Of a stretch of DNA of 64,000 nucleotides, positions 30,771-40,911 are shown one piece after another. Within the stretch, counting starts at the first letter, position 1, and every line of letters begins with the position of its first letter. The position numbers were made by a program, and so were the translations under genes. The stretch comes from Bacteroidota bacterium. GTDB lineage: Bacteria > Bacteroidota > Bacteroidia > UBA8524. The stretch is taken from the NCBI GenBank assembly GCA_036676705.1, contig JAKFCJ010000207.1:15-64014 (forward strand), in the 5' to 3' direction. The notes under the pieces were generated by a model. The model was given only the letters and a program-made list of their open reading frames with translations. It was not told the origin of the DNA and did not search any database.

Positions 30771-31421
30771 TTACTCCATGATGGTGCGAAAGGTCAGGTT
30801 AACCCGGGGACCCATCTTTCGCCTGGTTGGAGGCAAACGGTGTAACCAGTGCGTTTGGGTTGTTCCTTTCATGACAAGCAGGCTGCCATGTTCCAGTATG
30901 AGTGAAACGGTTTGTTTGGTGTTTTTGTGTTTCAAGGAAAATTTCCGTTCGGCTCCAAAACTGAGGGATGCAATTGCTCCGTCTTTTTTCAGGTCTTTCT
31001 CCCCATCGCTGTGCCAGGCCATTCCTTCTTCTCCGGAGTGGTAAAGGTTGAGCAGGCAGGAATTAAAGGTTTCGCCGCTTAGCTTTTCAACAAGCAGTTT
31101 TAATGCGAACAATTCGCGGGTCCAGGGAAGTGCCCGCTTGGTTCGGTTCGAATAGGTATATTCAAACGGTTTTTCGGCATACCAGGCTACCTTCCTTTGG
31201 GTGAGGATGTGTTTGCCGAAGAGGTAGGCTTCGTCATTTTTCCAGGCTATGGTCGTCATTAAAATTTCCAGGTACTGATCGGCCTCCACCTTGCCGAATA
31301 CCTTGCCGTAATAATAGACGCTTCCCTCCAGGGGAAGAAGGTTATGCTTTTTATCCGGCTGCGTGCTGAACAGGTCCATCAGATTATCATTCGGGGTTGA
31401 TCTTTGCTGCTTCCCAACCAA
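30771..31421 (-). CDS. alkB: Alpha-ketoglutarate/Fe(II)-dependent dioxygenase AlkB (DNA and RNA alkylation repair)
   Basis: WHSDGE (HxD) and a downstream His, with a 2OG-FeII oxygenase fold pattern. Confidence 0.8.
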   Translation of the reverse strand: MVGKQQRSTPNDNLMDLFSTQPDKKHNLLPLEGSVYYYGKVFGKVEADQYLEILMTTIAWKNDEAYLFGKHILTQRKVAWYAEKPFEYTYSNRTKRALPWTRELFALKLLVEKLSGETFNSCLLNLYHSGEEGMAWHSDGEKDLKKDGAIASLSFGAERKFSLKHKNTKQTVSLILEHGSLLVMKGTTQTHWLHRLPPTRRKMGPRVNLTFRTIME

Positions 31422-32235
31422 TGATAGCCGCTTTTCGGGTATTGCCCCACATATAGCCCCCGAGTGCCCCCGAGGCCTGAATGACCCGGTGACAGGGAAT
31501 CAAAAAGGCGACCGGATTCCTTCCAATGGCCGTCCCAACTGCCCTTGAAGCCTTTGGACTCCCTATTTTTTCAGCGATCCCGGCATAACTGCTTAAACGT
31601 CCCATTGGGATGCTCAGCAGGGTTTCCCAAACTTTCAGCTGAAATTCGCTTCCCCGGAGATGCAGTTTTAGCTGATCGAGATTACTCCAATCTCCTTTAA
31701 AAACAGATAAGGCCTTTTGATGGATACCGGTGGGCTGATGCTCAAAGGTGGCATTCGGAAATCGGCGTTTCAGTTCCGTGACCGCTAAGTCTGCCTCCTC
31801 CGCAAAGACCATGTGGCAGAGACCTTTTTCCGTTGAGGCCACCAGGATCGGCCCAAAGGGACTTTCCCCAAAACTGAAGTGAATGTGCAGGTTTTTTCCT
31901 CCATGTTTGTACTCGGCCGGCGTCATGCCTTCTATAGAGATAAAGAGATCATGTAAACGGCTGGTTCCCGATAACCCTGTTTCCAATGCAGCGTCAAACA
32001 GGCGCATTTGTCCGTTGTTTTCGAGCAGGGTTTTGGCGTATTGCAGGCTGATATAATGGAGGAATTTTTTCGGACTTGTTCCGGCCCATTCCGTAAACAG
32101 ACGCTGAAAACGGGAAGGACTCAGGTGTACCCGCTCCGCGATCGTTTCCAGACCGGGTTGTTCCCGGAAGTGGTGATGGATAAAGCGGATCGCCTCGCTG
32201 ATGCGGGAATAGTTAAGGGTGTCCTGGTTTTGCAT
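31387..32235 (-). CDS. ada: Ada-like fusion of an AraC-type HTH regulator to O6-methylguanine-DNA methyltransferase
   Basis: C-terminal PCHRVI active site. The N-terminal AraC HTH carries no Cys4 zinc site. It overlaps alkB by 35 bp. Confidence 0.8.
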   Translation of the reverse strand: MQNQDTLNYSRISEAIRFIHHHFREQPGLETIAERVHLSPSRFQRLFTEWAGTSPKKFLHYISLQYAKTLLENNGQMRLFDAALETGLSGTSRLHDLFISIEGMTPAEYKHGGKNLHIHFSFGESPFGPILVASTEKGLCHMVFAEEADLAVTELKRRFPNATFEHQPTGIHQKALSVFKGDWSNLDQLKLHLRGSEFQLKVWETLLSIPMGRLSSYAGIAEKIGSPKASRAVGTAIGRNPVAFLIPCHRVIQASGALGGYMWGNTRKAAIIGWEAAKINPE

Positions 32236-32361
32236 GGGCTGTATCTTCGCTTACAAATATCGGCAGAAGGCGGTTCCCTAAAAATCCGGATCGTGCTAAA
32301 TTAGGGAATTTCGCGACTTGCCCGTACATTTGGTGAAGAACCCCGATAGTAAGCGAATACG

Positions 32362-33150
32362 ATGAATAAACTTGCAGCCCTGATCGATTTTACTCCCACC
32401 TGTGAGGTGGCCCTTTCTTATTTGAATATGTTGACAATAACGCTCGGGACAGAAGCAGTTTTGGTGAATATTGAAGAAAACCAGGAAAAAAAAGAGCTTA
32501 TCGAAGCCAGGCTGGAGCTGTATGCAAAAAAGATACGTAAAGGTTCACTGGCATGCGCTACCCATGTTGAGATCGGCGATTTTGATTCCATCATAGATAC
32601 CACATTACAGCTACTCAATGCCGAACTCGTCATTACCGGAACCCATGGCGTTAAAGGCTTAAAACAAACCCTTTTCGGCGCCCATATTCTTAAACTGGCC
32701 CAGAATATTTCTATACCCTTGCTGGTGGTCCAGGACGAAAGCAAAGTGAACCCGAACGGGATCGAGAAAATTCTCTTTTCCATGGGTCCGCATGAAAATT
32801 TTGAAGGAACGATCGACTTTATTGCCAGCCTGGCCAAAGACCTGAATAGTACGGTGGTGATCTATACCATCATCAAATCGGCACAGGATCTTTCCGATGA
32901 ACTGGTGCACAATAACAACTACGCAAAAAGGGTATTCGAGGCCGTTGGAGTTCCTTTCGAGCATGTGGTGGAGGAGAGCCAGGATTTTTCTCTTGGATTT
33001 AGTCGCCAAACCATCCATTATATGGAAAAAAACCCTTTCGACATGGTGGTGATGCCTGCCGATGCTTCTGAAATGTACCGGGCTTTCAGTAAGACGGACA
33101 AAGAAAACCTTGTCCTGAATACTCTGGCTGTTCCGGTGCTTTGTGTTTAG
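32362..33150 (+). CDS. Universal stress protein with tandem UspA domains
   Basis: Two USP-like halves, with VITGTHG...IPLLVV in the first. Confidence 0.65.
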   Translation: MNKLAALIDFTPTCEVALSYLNMLTITLGTEAVLVNIEENQEKKELIEARLELYAKKIRKGSLACATHVEIGDFDSIIDTTLQLLNAELVITGTHGVKGLKQTLFGAHILKLAQNISIPLLVVQDESKVNPNGIEKILFSMGPHENFEGTIDFIASLAKDLNSTVVIYTIIKSAQDLSDELVHNNNYAKRVFEAVGVPFEHVVEESQDFSLGFSRQTIHYMEKNPFDMVVMPADASEMYRAFSKTDKENLVLNTLAVPVLCV

Positions 33151-33294
33151 CGTTTACTTACCAAGGTTAGAGTCGCTCAGTCAAATCGTTTCCATACCAG
33201 ATTTTCGTGTTCTTTTTTGCTTGTCCAAAAAAGAACCAAAAAAGGATACCCCGCCGCACCTTTCGCGGAATAGGAACTCAAAAATAATCGACCG

Positions 33295-33957
33295 CTACCA
33301 GGCTTGTTTTAAAAAGTCATTGACCTTTTTTCCAACGAGGTAGTACTCCATTATTTTTTCGGGAAGTTCTTCGGAAACGATATCGGCCGGTTTCAACTCA
33401 GCTGAAAAATAAAACTGCTTGTTGGCGATCAGGGGTTCTTTTGCATGGGCTTCCTGAAAGGCCGGAGGGATACGTTTGTGCTGTTCACCTTGAATGGTAC
33501 CGAATTTTTCTTTGAAATCTTTATCGGAATAAAGTGCCGAAAATTCTTTGAGGTGGGTGGCAATATGCGTTCTGAGTTTTTCGAGCTTGTCATTTTCGAT
33601 CATATAAGCCCCTCCATAAATGGCGAGTCCCTCAGGAGAAAGTTGAAAATAGAGGCCGGGGTACGATTTATCCTTTTTTCCGGTTTTTGATATGATGGCC
33701 GCCACATGGGTATTGTAAGGAGTTTTGTCTTTGGAAAAGCGGATGTCCTTGTTGATGCGCATGATGGCGTCTGAAGCTTTGATCTTCACTTCGGGCTCGT
33801 GCTGCTGGATGCGGTGTATCATGTCCTCCACAAACTCGGCAAAGGGTTTTTTCACTTCCTTTTCGTAGGTTTTGCGGTTGGCGTTGAACCAGTCGGTCGT
33901 GTTATTTTTTGCGAGATCTTTAAAAAAACTCAGGAAGGCGGGGCTAAAATGGGGCAT
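33295..33957 (-). CDS. DUF2461/TIGR02453 family protein
   Basis: N-terminal FLSFFKDLAKNNTTDWFNANRKTYE pattern. Confidence 0.55.
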   Translation of the reverse strand: MPHFSPAFLSFFKDLAKNNTTDWFNANRKTYEKEVKKPFAEFVEDMIHRIQQHEPEVKIKASDAIMRINKDIRFSKDKTPYNTHVAAIISKTGKKDKSYPGLYFQLSPEGLAIYGGAYMIENDKLEKLRTHIATHLKEFSALYSDKDFKEKFGTIQGEQHKRIPPAFQEAHAKEPLIANKQFYFSAELKPADIVSEELPEKIMEYYLVGKKVNDFLKQAW

Positions 33958-34097
33958 AATGGACGGTTCTTTTTCGATGAAAAGGTAGGAATTTTATAGA
34001 TAGAGAGGAGGGGCGTTGGTCGAAATGCGAAAAAACCGGGATTAAAGCATGAGTTGTCCGTAGTCATTTAATAACTAAATTGAATTAGCATAGGCGA

Positions 34098-34811
34098 ATG
34101 ACTCACCATATCCACCTTAAAAAACTCCTCCTATTCAGTCTTGCTTTCGGGCTATTCACTATAGTAGGAACTATTAGCCACGAATATGGCCATATAGCCG
34201 CAGCCAGAATGTGCGGCTATGAAACGGTACTGCATTATGGAAGCATGCACAGGAAACAATCCGCTTTGGATAAGGAAATTGTTGCTATTTATGATCAGAA
34301 CAAAACGGCAATAGAAAACGGAACGGACTTCAAAGAAAAAACCTACTACGAAGACAGAATTAAGAAACGAAACCGTCATGGCCTGCTAATTAGAATGGGG
34401 GGTCCTTTACAAACGATGTTAACCGGACTGATTGGATTGTCCCTACTCTTTTGGCGGCGAAAAATGATCAGAGAAGCGGGATTAAAATTCCTAGACTGGT
34501 TGGCTGTTTTTTTAGCCTTGTTTTGGCTTAGGGAAGTTTTTAACCCTGTAACAGCAGCAGCGAAAGTCCTCCTATTTCCGGGGCGTCATGGTTTTGGAGG
34601 AGATGAATTTGTAATATCTCGCGTGTTGGGTATACCGGAATGGACTTTTCCAATCCTTTTCGGAGCAATCGGCCTCGCGATTTGCTCCTTCGTCGTTTTT
34701 CGTGTAATACCAATTAACCTGCACCTTACCTTTATATTGAGCGGCCTGGTTGGTGGTATTAGCGGGTTTTATTTATGGATGAATGTACTCGGGCCGCAGT
34801 TATTACCTTGA
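34098..34811 (+). CDS. Membrane protein with an HExxH motif (HEYGH), a putative zinc metalloprotease
   Basis: 237 aa and multi-TM. HEYGH sits near the first TM. Confidence 0.4.
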   Translation: MTHHIHLKKLLLFSLAFGLFTIVGTISHEYGHIAAARMCGYETVLHYGSMHRKQSALDKEIVAIYDQNKTAIENGTDFKEKTYYEDRIKKRNRHGLLIRMGGPLQTMLTGLIGLSLLFWRRKMIREAGLKFLDWLAVFLALFWLREVFNPVTAAAKVLLFPGRHGFGGDEFVISRVLGIPEWTFPILFGAIGLAICSFVVFRVIPINLHLTFILSGLVGGISGFYLWMNVLGPQLLP

Positions 34812-34828
34812 CCAAAATTTGAAAGCCT

Positions 34829-35188
34829 ATGGCCACTACAAAACAAAACACCATTCCCCCCGACAAACTCGAGGCCTATAAAAAGCTTATTGCCACTAAA
34901 CCGGAGATCGAATTAAAAGGCGCCTCGATGCCCTATACCTCCGTAAACGGACATATGTTTTCGTTTTTGGATAAGGATGGAAACCTTGGACTCAGGCTGT
35001 CTGCTCCGGAAAGAAATGGCTTTATCGAACAGTACAAAACACGCCTTTGTGAGGCACATGGCACTATCCTGAAGGAATATGTTTTTGTGCCTGAAGATCT
35101 GTTTAAGAAGACGAATGAACTCAAAACCTGGTTTGAAAAGAGCTTCGTTTATGTAGGCGGTTTAAAACCGAAACCGACAAAAAAATAA
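34829..35188 (+). CDS. Hypothetical protein
   Basis: 119 aa ORF with good coding character. No family recognised. Confidence 0.4.
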   Translation: MATTKQNTIPPDKLEAYKKLIATKPEIELKGASMPYTSVNGHMFSFLDKDGNLGLRLSAPERNGFIEQYKTRLCEAHGTILKEYVFVPEDLFKKTNELKTWFEKSFVYVGGLKPKPTKK

Positions 35189-35216
35189 CAAAACGGGTTT
35201 CAAAATTTGTTCCTGT

Positions 35217-35783
35217 CTATTCACAAACCCCACATTCCCCGTCGCCGGCCTTTTTCATCCGGGCATCCAACACATTGCCGCGTTTGTCGAGTTCGATGAC
35301 ACAGCAGTTCACGAACATTTTTTTCAAACGTTCCCGGCCTCTTTGTACCCGTGAACGAAGGGAAGGATAGGCCATATTGTATTTCAGGGCGAGTTCCTTT
35401 TGCCGGATATTTTTGAGTTCACTGTCGATGATGATATCCCGGTATTCTTCGGGGAGTTTTTCGATAAAACTTTCCAGACAGGTTTCCAGTCCTTTGGTGG
35501 CATCCGGGTCGTTTTCATGTGCGATATCCTCAGAATGGGTATCAGTATAACCCAGGTTTTGTTTGCCGGAGCTTTTGCGGTAATAGTCGATAACGGCATT
35601 CCGGGCGATGGTAAAGATCCAGTTCTGGATTTTCTCCTGGTTGCTGATGGAATCCTTTTTCAGGGAAATTTTGATAAAAACCTCCTGCAGGATATCTTCT
35701 GCATCTTCCTTTTTCCCAACCTTGCTCAGGATATAACGCTGTAGAGAATCGTGAAACTGCTGGTGAATATTAGTTATTTCCAT
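35217..35783 (-). CDS. ECF-type RNA polymerase sigma-70 factor with a C-terminal Cys-rich extension
   Basis: Region 2 is ILQEVFIKI...ARNAVIDYYRK and region 4 is ELALKYNMAYPSLRSRVQRGRERL. The tail NCCVIELDKRGNVLDARMKKAGDGECGVCE has four Cys. Confidence 0.8.
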   Translation of the reverse strand: MEITNIHQQFHDSLQRYILSKVGKKEDAEDILQEVFIKISLKKDSISNQEKIQNWIFTIARNAVIDYYRKSSGKQNLGYTDTHSEDIAHENDPDATKGLETCLESFIEKLPEEYRDIIIDSELKNIRQKELALKYNMAYPSLRSRVQRGRERLKKMFVNCCVIELDKRGNVLDARMKKAGDGECGVCE

Positions 35784-36921
35784 ACCTTAAAACGGGACGA
35801 TTGATGGATCGATAATAAAAAAGCAAAGCCAGGGCCAAAACAAAGGTAGCAATTAGAAAGAAGGACTGTAACGCATCTGAACCCGGCAAAAATCCCCCTG
35901 TCAGTGCCCCAAATGCTGCTCCCAGATCACGCCAGGTAACGTTGACAGCCAGTTCATGGAGCCGGCTTTTGGTATCACCGCTTAAAGTTCCGGGAGCCAG
36001 TGCAGAACTGACACTATTCGCGAGGAAGCAGCCCATGATCCCTGCGGAAACAAAACCCGATCCGATCAATAAAAGCGAAAGGATGCCCAGCATCATGGCC
36101 CATATAAATACCCTGTTCAGTCCCATTTTATCTGCCAAATACCCGCCGGCAGGAGAAATAACAAGGATGGATATCCTGCGAAAAGCGAGATAAAAAGCGA
36201 TGAGGGTCAAGGCTTTGGAAGGGGTTAAAAATTCGGCTATAAAGAGTTTTCCTAGTACCACCACAAGCATTCCTTCTATAAAAAATGCGGAAAGAAAAAC
36301 GATAAAATTAAATGAGCCCGGGACAATCGAAAACGCCGGTTTGGCAACTGAAAAACTATGCGAAAGTGGCTTTAAACCACGGGCAAACAAAAGGGAAATG
36401 GCGGAAATAGCCCCCAGCCAGAGGAAAGCAGTTTGCGGCTTTCCATCCATCCATAAAACAGGACCAAAGACCAGCGCAATTAAGGGTCCGACTTCCTGTA
36501 AACCTTTGCTGATACCGAGACTGATCCCTTTTTGCCGGTTTTCGAGCGAATAAGTCAGGCTGCCCAAACGTAGAATGGTATAGGAAAATGCCCAGAGCAA
36601 ACGGGCGATGATCCATAAAATGAGATGGGCCGAGACACCATACAACAAGGTGGAAATTACTGCGGTAGCTGAAGCAAAGAGGGTCATTTTGTGGAAGCCA
36701 AAACGGTTGAAAAGCGGCAAAATCCAGCGGTTAGCCGCGATACGAATAAACCGGTTTATAGACAGCAGAAAACCCACCCAGAGCTCTGGCACATGCAGGG
36801 AAGCAAACTGGATGGGCAATACCGCATAGAGGTAAGTATCGCCCATCAAAGCGAAACTCAGGGTCAAAGAGGAAAACAGGGTGGATCTCAAGCCAGGATA
36901 CTTAAGCACAACAGGCTGCAC
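35770..36921 (-). CDS. MFS transporter
   Basis: 383 aa with 12 TM helices. It overlaps the sigma gene by 14 bp. Confidence 0.7.
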   Translation of the reverse strand: MQPVVLKYPGLRSTLFSSLTLSFALMGDTYLYAVLPIQFASLHVPELWVGFLLSINRFIRIAANRWILPLFNRFGFHKMTLFASATAVISTLLYGVSAHLILWIIARLLWAFSYTILRLGSLTYSLENRQKGISLGISKGLQEVGPLIALVFGPVLWMDGKPQTAFLWLGAISAISLLFARGLKPLSHSFSVAKPAFSIVPGSFNFIVFLSAFFIEGMLVVVLGKLFIAEFLTPSKALTLIAFYLAFRRISILVISPAGGYLADKMGLNRVFIWAMMLGILSLLLIGSGFVSAGIMGCFLANSVSSALAPGTLSGDTKSRLHELAVNVTWRDLGAAFGALTGGFLPGSDALQSFFLIATFVLALALLFYYRSINRPVLRYGNN

Positions 36922-38221
36922 CCTCTTCAGTCACCCCAACTCCGCAAACGCCCGTTTGTGGCAGGTCGAGTTCAACTTTGGCCGCCGATTCAAAATCCCC
37001 GGCCAGGGCGGCGGTGATGGAGCGCACCTGTTCATACCCGGTGGCCATCAAAAAGGTAGGTGCCCTCCCGTAACTTTTCATCCCGACTACATAGAAGTCT
37101 TTTTCCTTTTGACGGAGTTCTCTTTCGCCATGCGGTCGAACCGTGCCACAACTATGGATATTGGGATCGATCAGGTCGGCAATGGCAGGGACACTTTCTA
37201 CAGTGGAGTCGAATTCTACGCGAACTTCACGTAAAAAGGACATATCCGGCCGGGTGCCGGTATTGCTGATGATCTCATCAATTCCTTCCAGGGCTTTAAG
37301 CTCGCCAAATTGATCCCCGATAATGGTAAGACGGCCATTTTCTTCAACAAGTTCCTGAATTTGAAAGGGGGTATAAACATTCAGCTTGTCCTCATTCACG
37401 AGCCGTTCGATTCTTATTCCCAATGTTCCTCTTGCAGGCAGGGCATCGTCAGCCTGTCCGCCATAGGTTTCCTGAACCCGTTTTTTTCTCAATACCCAAT
37501 GGATGCGGGTTTGCGGGAAATCAGCCAAAAGTTTTTCGAGTTCGAGTAGGCTGTTAATAGCGGAGTGCCCGCCACCCACCACCAGCACATCCTTGTTGGC
37601 GTAACGTTGTTGATGGATACCGGAGACATCGGGAATACCATAAAAAATACGGTCACTATTTTCTATTTCTCCAAAAGCAAACATACCTCCGGAGCCAATG
37701 GGATTGCTGTTTTGCCAGGTTCCTGATGCATCGATCACCGCCCGTGCTTCGAAGAATTTATTTTCACCATTTTGATCAACTTGCAACACAAAAGGCTGTT
37801 TTTCTCTATTTGCCGACTTCATCTTATCCATCCCTTTTCTTCCAACAGCAAGCACTTTGCTGGAAAAATAAATGGGAGAATAGGTAGCCAGCTGCTCGGA
37901 AAGTGGCTGGAGATAAGAGTCGATCATCTCTTGTCCGCTTGGCAGGGCCTCTTCATCGGGTTTGGTCCACGCAGTTGATTCCAGGATCACCTCGGCGGCT
38001 TTGTCGATATTATAACGCCAGGGAGAAAAGACCCGTACATGGCTCCAGGTTTTCATATTGGCAGCTACCCGGGATCCGGATTCAAAAAGTAAAAAAGGAA
38101 TGCCGCGCAGGGTTAAATGGGCTGCTGCAGCAAGGCCAACGGGGCCGCCACCAATAATGGCAACGGGTAATGAGGAATTTTCCATAAAATGCGATCTTGA
38201 ATGCATGTGTTGTTTATGCAT
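36902..38221 (-). CDS. FAD/NAD(P)-binding oxidoreductase (flavin monooxygenase / pyridine nucleotide-disulfide-like)
   Basis: Two Rossmann motifs, AIIGGGPVGLAAAAHL and LVVGGGHSAINSL. There are C-terminal Cys pairs. It overlaps the MFS gene by 20 bp. Confidence 0.6.
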   Translation of the reverse strand: MHKQHMHSRSHFMENSSLPVAIIGGGPVGLAAAAHLTLRGIPFLLFESGSRVAANMKTWSHVRVFSPWRYNIDKAAEVILESTAWTKPDEEALPSGQEMIDSYLQPLSEQLATYSPIYFSSKVLAVGRKGMDKMKSANREKQPFVLQVDQNGENKFFEARAVIDASGTWQNSNPIGSGGMFAFGEIENSDRIFYGIPDVSGIHQQRYANKDVLVVGGGHSAINSLLELEKLLADFPQTRIHWVLRKKRVQETYGGQADDALPARGTLGIRIERLVNEDKLNVYTPFQIQELVEENGRLTIIGDQFGELKALEGIDEIISNTGTRPDMSFLREVRVEFDSTVESVPAIADLIDPNIHSCGTVRPHGERELRQKEKDFYVVGMKSYGRAPTFLMATGYEQVRSITAALAGDFESAAKVELDLPQTGVCGVGVTEEGAACCA

Positions 38222-38257
38222 GGAAAGACGACGACATGGAAAAATGATGCAATTGAT

Positions 38258-38683
38258 TTAAAAACGTTTCTGCTCGAGTTTTTCGATCAGGCGGATGAGG
38301 TCGCCCGGAAACGGAACCTTTATGTTTTCGTTAAAATCAAACATCACCATCACATCCCGGGCTTCAGCAGCAACTTCACCCTGCTCATTGAGAATTTGAT
38401 GACAGATGCTGAAACTCGTGTTTTTAATGTAATCTACTCTGGATTGAATGGTTATCTGGCCGGGGTAAAATAGGGGCTTTTTAAAATCGCAGTGACAGGA
38501 TGCCAGCATAGGTCCGATATTCGTTTCCCTGTGTGACCGGGTCAGTCCGATCTGGTCCCAATAATTCACCCGGGCAGCCTGGATGTATTTAAAGAAGGAG
38601 ACATTATTGACATGCCCGAAATAGTCGAGTTCGCTCCAGTCGATGCGCAGCGGAAGTTTTACAGGAAAAAATGTATCGGCCAT
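38258..38683 (-). CDS. Hotdog-fold acyl-CoA thioesterase (4HBT/YbgC-like)
   Basis: 141 aa with FGHVNNVSFFKYIQAAR. Confidence 0.7.
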   Translation of the reverse strand: MADTFFPVKLPLRIDWSELDYFGHVNNVSFFKYIQAARVNYWDQIGLTRSHRETNIGPMLASCHCDFKKPLFYPGQITIQSRVDYIKNTSFSICHQILNEQGEVAAEARDVMVMFDFNENIKVPFPGDLIRLIEKLEQKRF

Positions 38684-38794
38684 AATTCGTTGCTAATCAA
38701 AGATCATAAAAAAACCGACCCCGGCTCATTTGCAAGATACAGTGCAAACTTACCGGGGCCGATTCAAATATAAGGAGGAGGCTTGTAAATCGGG

Positions 38795-39745
38795 TTAAGG
38801 CAGACCGTTTATGACGGCATCCAGATTTGCTGAGGTTGTTGCAGTCATTGAAACCGGATAGGTAATGCCTACTGCCGGCGTGATGTCGGCTATTCCATAA
38901 TATAATTGTCCTTCTACTACCGAGATCACCACCAAATTCATCGGCACATCAGCCAGGTGGGTTTCAGAGATCAGGTTACCGGTGATGCTACCCCAGCCCT
39001 GGGTTCCTACAGGCCAAACGGTATTTTGGTTTTTAAAAACAGCAAAAGCGGTAGTATTGGTGCCATCAAGTCCGGCGACTCCGGTTAGGTTAAAGGCACA
39101 ATTGAAATAGTTTACTTGCATAAAGGCGTCAATATTGCCCCAACGCATGGAGTCGAGGGTAATGTCGTATGTGTTGTCAGCGCTGTTGAAAGAGAAAGCT
39201 CCTCCAATTGCCCCGCCACCGCCCGCAGCGGAATCTTGCCGTCTCCAGTTTACATCTTTAGGGTCTTCCGCATTGTCACCCCAGAAAAGTTCCATGTTTT
39301 GGTCCTCAGCCTGGGCGGGAATAACGACATCAAGCATAACTCCGTTATCCAGGTGGAGTTCGGAACCATCTTTTGAGGCGGAGAGAAAAAATTCACCTCC
39401 CGAATTCAACATCAGGTTACCACTAACCGGAAAAATACCGGAGAAGATGATATCACTGGTGCTAAAGACCTCTTTAAAGCGAAGGGTAACTGTTCCGCTT
39501 ACGGCTTGTCCGTTTTGATCAACAAAGGCATTGGCAGGTATCGTGAGCTTGGAGCCCTTGGTTGTGGTGAAGGTGCCTCCTGTTTCGGCTGTGACCAAAA
39601 AGGTTGTGGCCTTGGGTGCCCGTGTATCGAAAAAAGATTGAACGGAGGTAAAGGTTTCCGGGCTGTTCGGCTGATCCGGGTCTTCCTGGCAGGAACTGAT
39701 CGCCAAAACGACAAACAGGGCGGCAATGAATCGTGTAGTTTTCAT
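38795..39745 (-). CDS. Lipoprotein, hypothetical
   Basis: MKTTRFIAALFVVLAISSC lipobox. Confidence 0.5.
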   Translation of the reverse strand: MKTTRFIAALFVVLAISSCQEDPDQPNSPETFTSVQSFFDTRAPKATTFLVTAETGGTFTTTKGSKLTIPANAFVDQNGQAVSGTVTLRFKEVFSTSDIIFSGIFPVSGNLMLNSGGEFFLSASKDGSELHLDNGVMLDVVIPAQAEDQNMELFWGDNAEDPKDVNWRRQDSAAGGGGAIGGAFSFNSADNTYDITLDSMRWGNIDAFMQVNYFNCAFNLTGVAGLDGTNTTAFAVFKNQNTVWPVGTQGWGSITGNLISETHLADVPMNLVVISVVEGQLYYGIADITPAVGITYPVSMTATTSANLDAVINGLP

Positions 39746-39884
39746 AACTCTGGATAATTAAGTGGGTAATTAATTTTAAGTTATGAAGAACGAAGAGTTG
39801 GAAAAGTTGCTTTAGGTACCGGCATAAAAAAACCCTAAAGAAGGCTGCGCCTCTTTAGGGTTTTAGAAAAGGTTGTATTAAGAA

Positions 39885-40142
39885 CTATTTTTTGATGATG
39901 ACCTCAGTCTCGTCTTCGTTGACTTTGATCTCCGTTTCCGTTTCACCGTCTTTGGTTTTCACTTCTCCACCATCGGTACCTACTCTGATCTCAGTTGAGT
40001 TTTCAGGAGTAGCTTCAGGATTAGCTGCCGGAGTTTCTGTAGCGGCAGGAGTAGTTGTAGATTTATCTTCTACTTTCGTTTCGCTACAGGAAGCCAACAT
40101 GAATGTGAATGCTGCTCCAAATAATAAGGTACTTATTTTCAT
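39885..40142 (-). CDS. Small T/E/A-rich low-complexity lipoprotein
   Basis: MKISTLLFGAAFTFMLASC lipobox, 85 aa. Confidence 0.4.
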   Translation of the reverse strand: MKISTLLFGAAFTFMLASCSETKVEDKSTTTPAATETPAANPEATPENSTEIRVGTDGGEVKTKDGETETEIKVNEDETEVIIKK

Positions 40143-40309
40143 CTGATAATTTATTTAATACCCGAAGGTAGGCAATTCTGTTCGCTTAGAGGCGAGAGTG
40201 TGAAGAATGTAAGTCTTGCCCATTATTATGTAAGCCACCCACCCGGGCAATAGCACAACTTTGTACTACGAAGTTCTGGCAATACCTGCCTGAATGAATC
40301 GATGAAACT

Positions 40310-40897
40310 ATGAAATCATTTTTTTTAGGAATTTTTGCCGCAGTTCTTTTTGCCGGCACAGTAAACGCCCAACATGTTAATTTTGGCATCAAGGGTGGAT
40401 TGAATGCTTATACATTCAACGACGCGAATAAAACAAATTATGGAGCAAGGATCGGGTTTCATGCCGGGGCATTGGCCCATATCCATTTGGCTGACCAGTT
40501 TGGTTTACAACCTGAAGTTGTTTTTTCTACCCAGGGGGCCAAATACGACGGAACGAGCAACTCTACGAATTTTAGCCTGAATTATGTGAACGTACCGGTA
40601 TTGTTCCAGTACATGTTTAAAATGGGATTTCGTATCCAGGCGGGTCCACAGCTGGGGGTTTTGCTTAGCGCCAAATCCGAAACCGGCGGGATCAAATCCG
40701 ACATCAAAAACAATTTTAAACCCATCGATTTTGGGGTTACAGTCGGAGCCAGCTACGTGCATGTGCCGAGTGGTTTTGGAGTTGATGCCCGTGTCAACCT
40801 GGGATTGACCCAGATCAGTGACATCAGTACCAGTCCGAATACCTGGAACCAGGGTCTTCAGGTAGGCGTGTTTTACCTGTTCGGTCATAAATCTTAA
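40310..40897 (+). CDS. Small outer-membrane beta-barrel protein (porin family, OMP_b-brl type)
   Basis: Signal peptide MKSFFLGIFAAVLFAGTVNAQ, 195 aa, ending ...VGVFYLFGHKS. Confidence 0.6.
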   Translation: MKSFFLGIFAAVLFAGTVNAQHVNFGIKGGLNAYTFNDANKTNYGARIGFHAGALAHIHLADQFGLQPEVVFSTQGAKYDGTSNSTNFSLNYVNVPVLFQYMFKMGFRIQAGPQLGVLLSAKSETGGIKSDIKNNFKPIDFGVTVGASYVHVPSGFGVDARVNLGLTQISDISTSPNTWNQGLQVGVFYLFGHKS

Positions 40898-40911
40898 AGA
40901 GTAATGTATGT

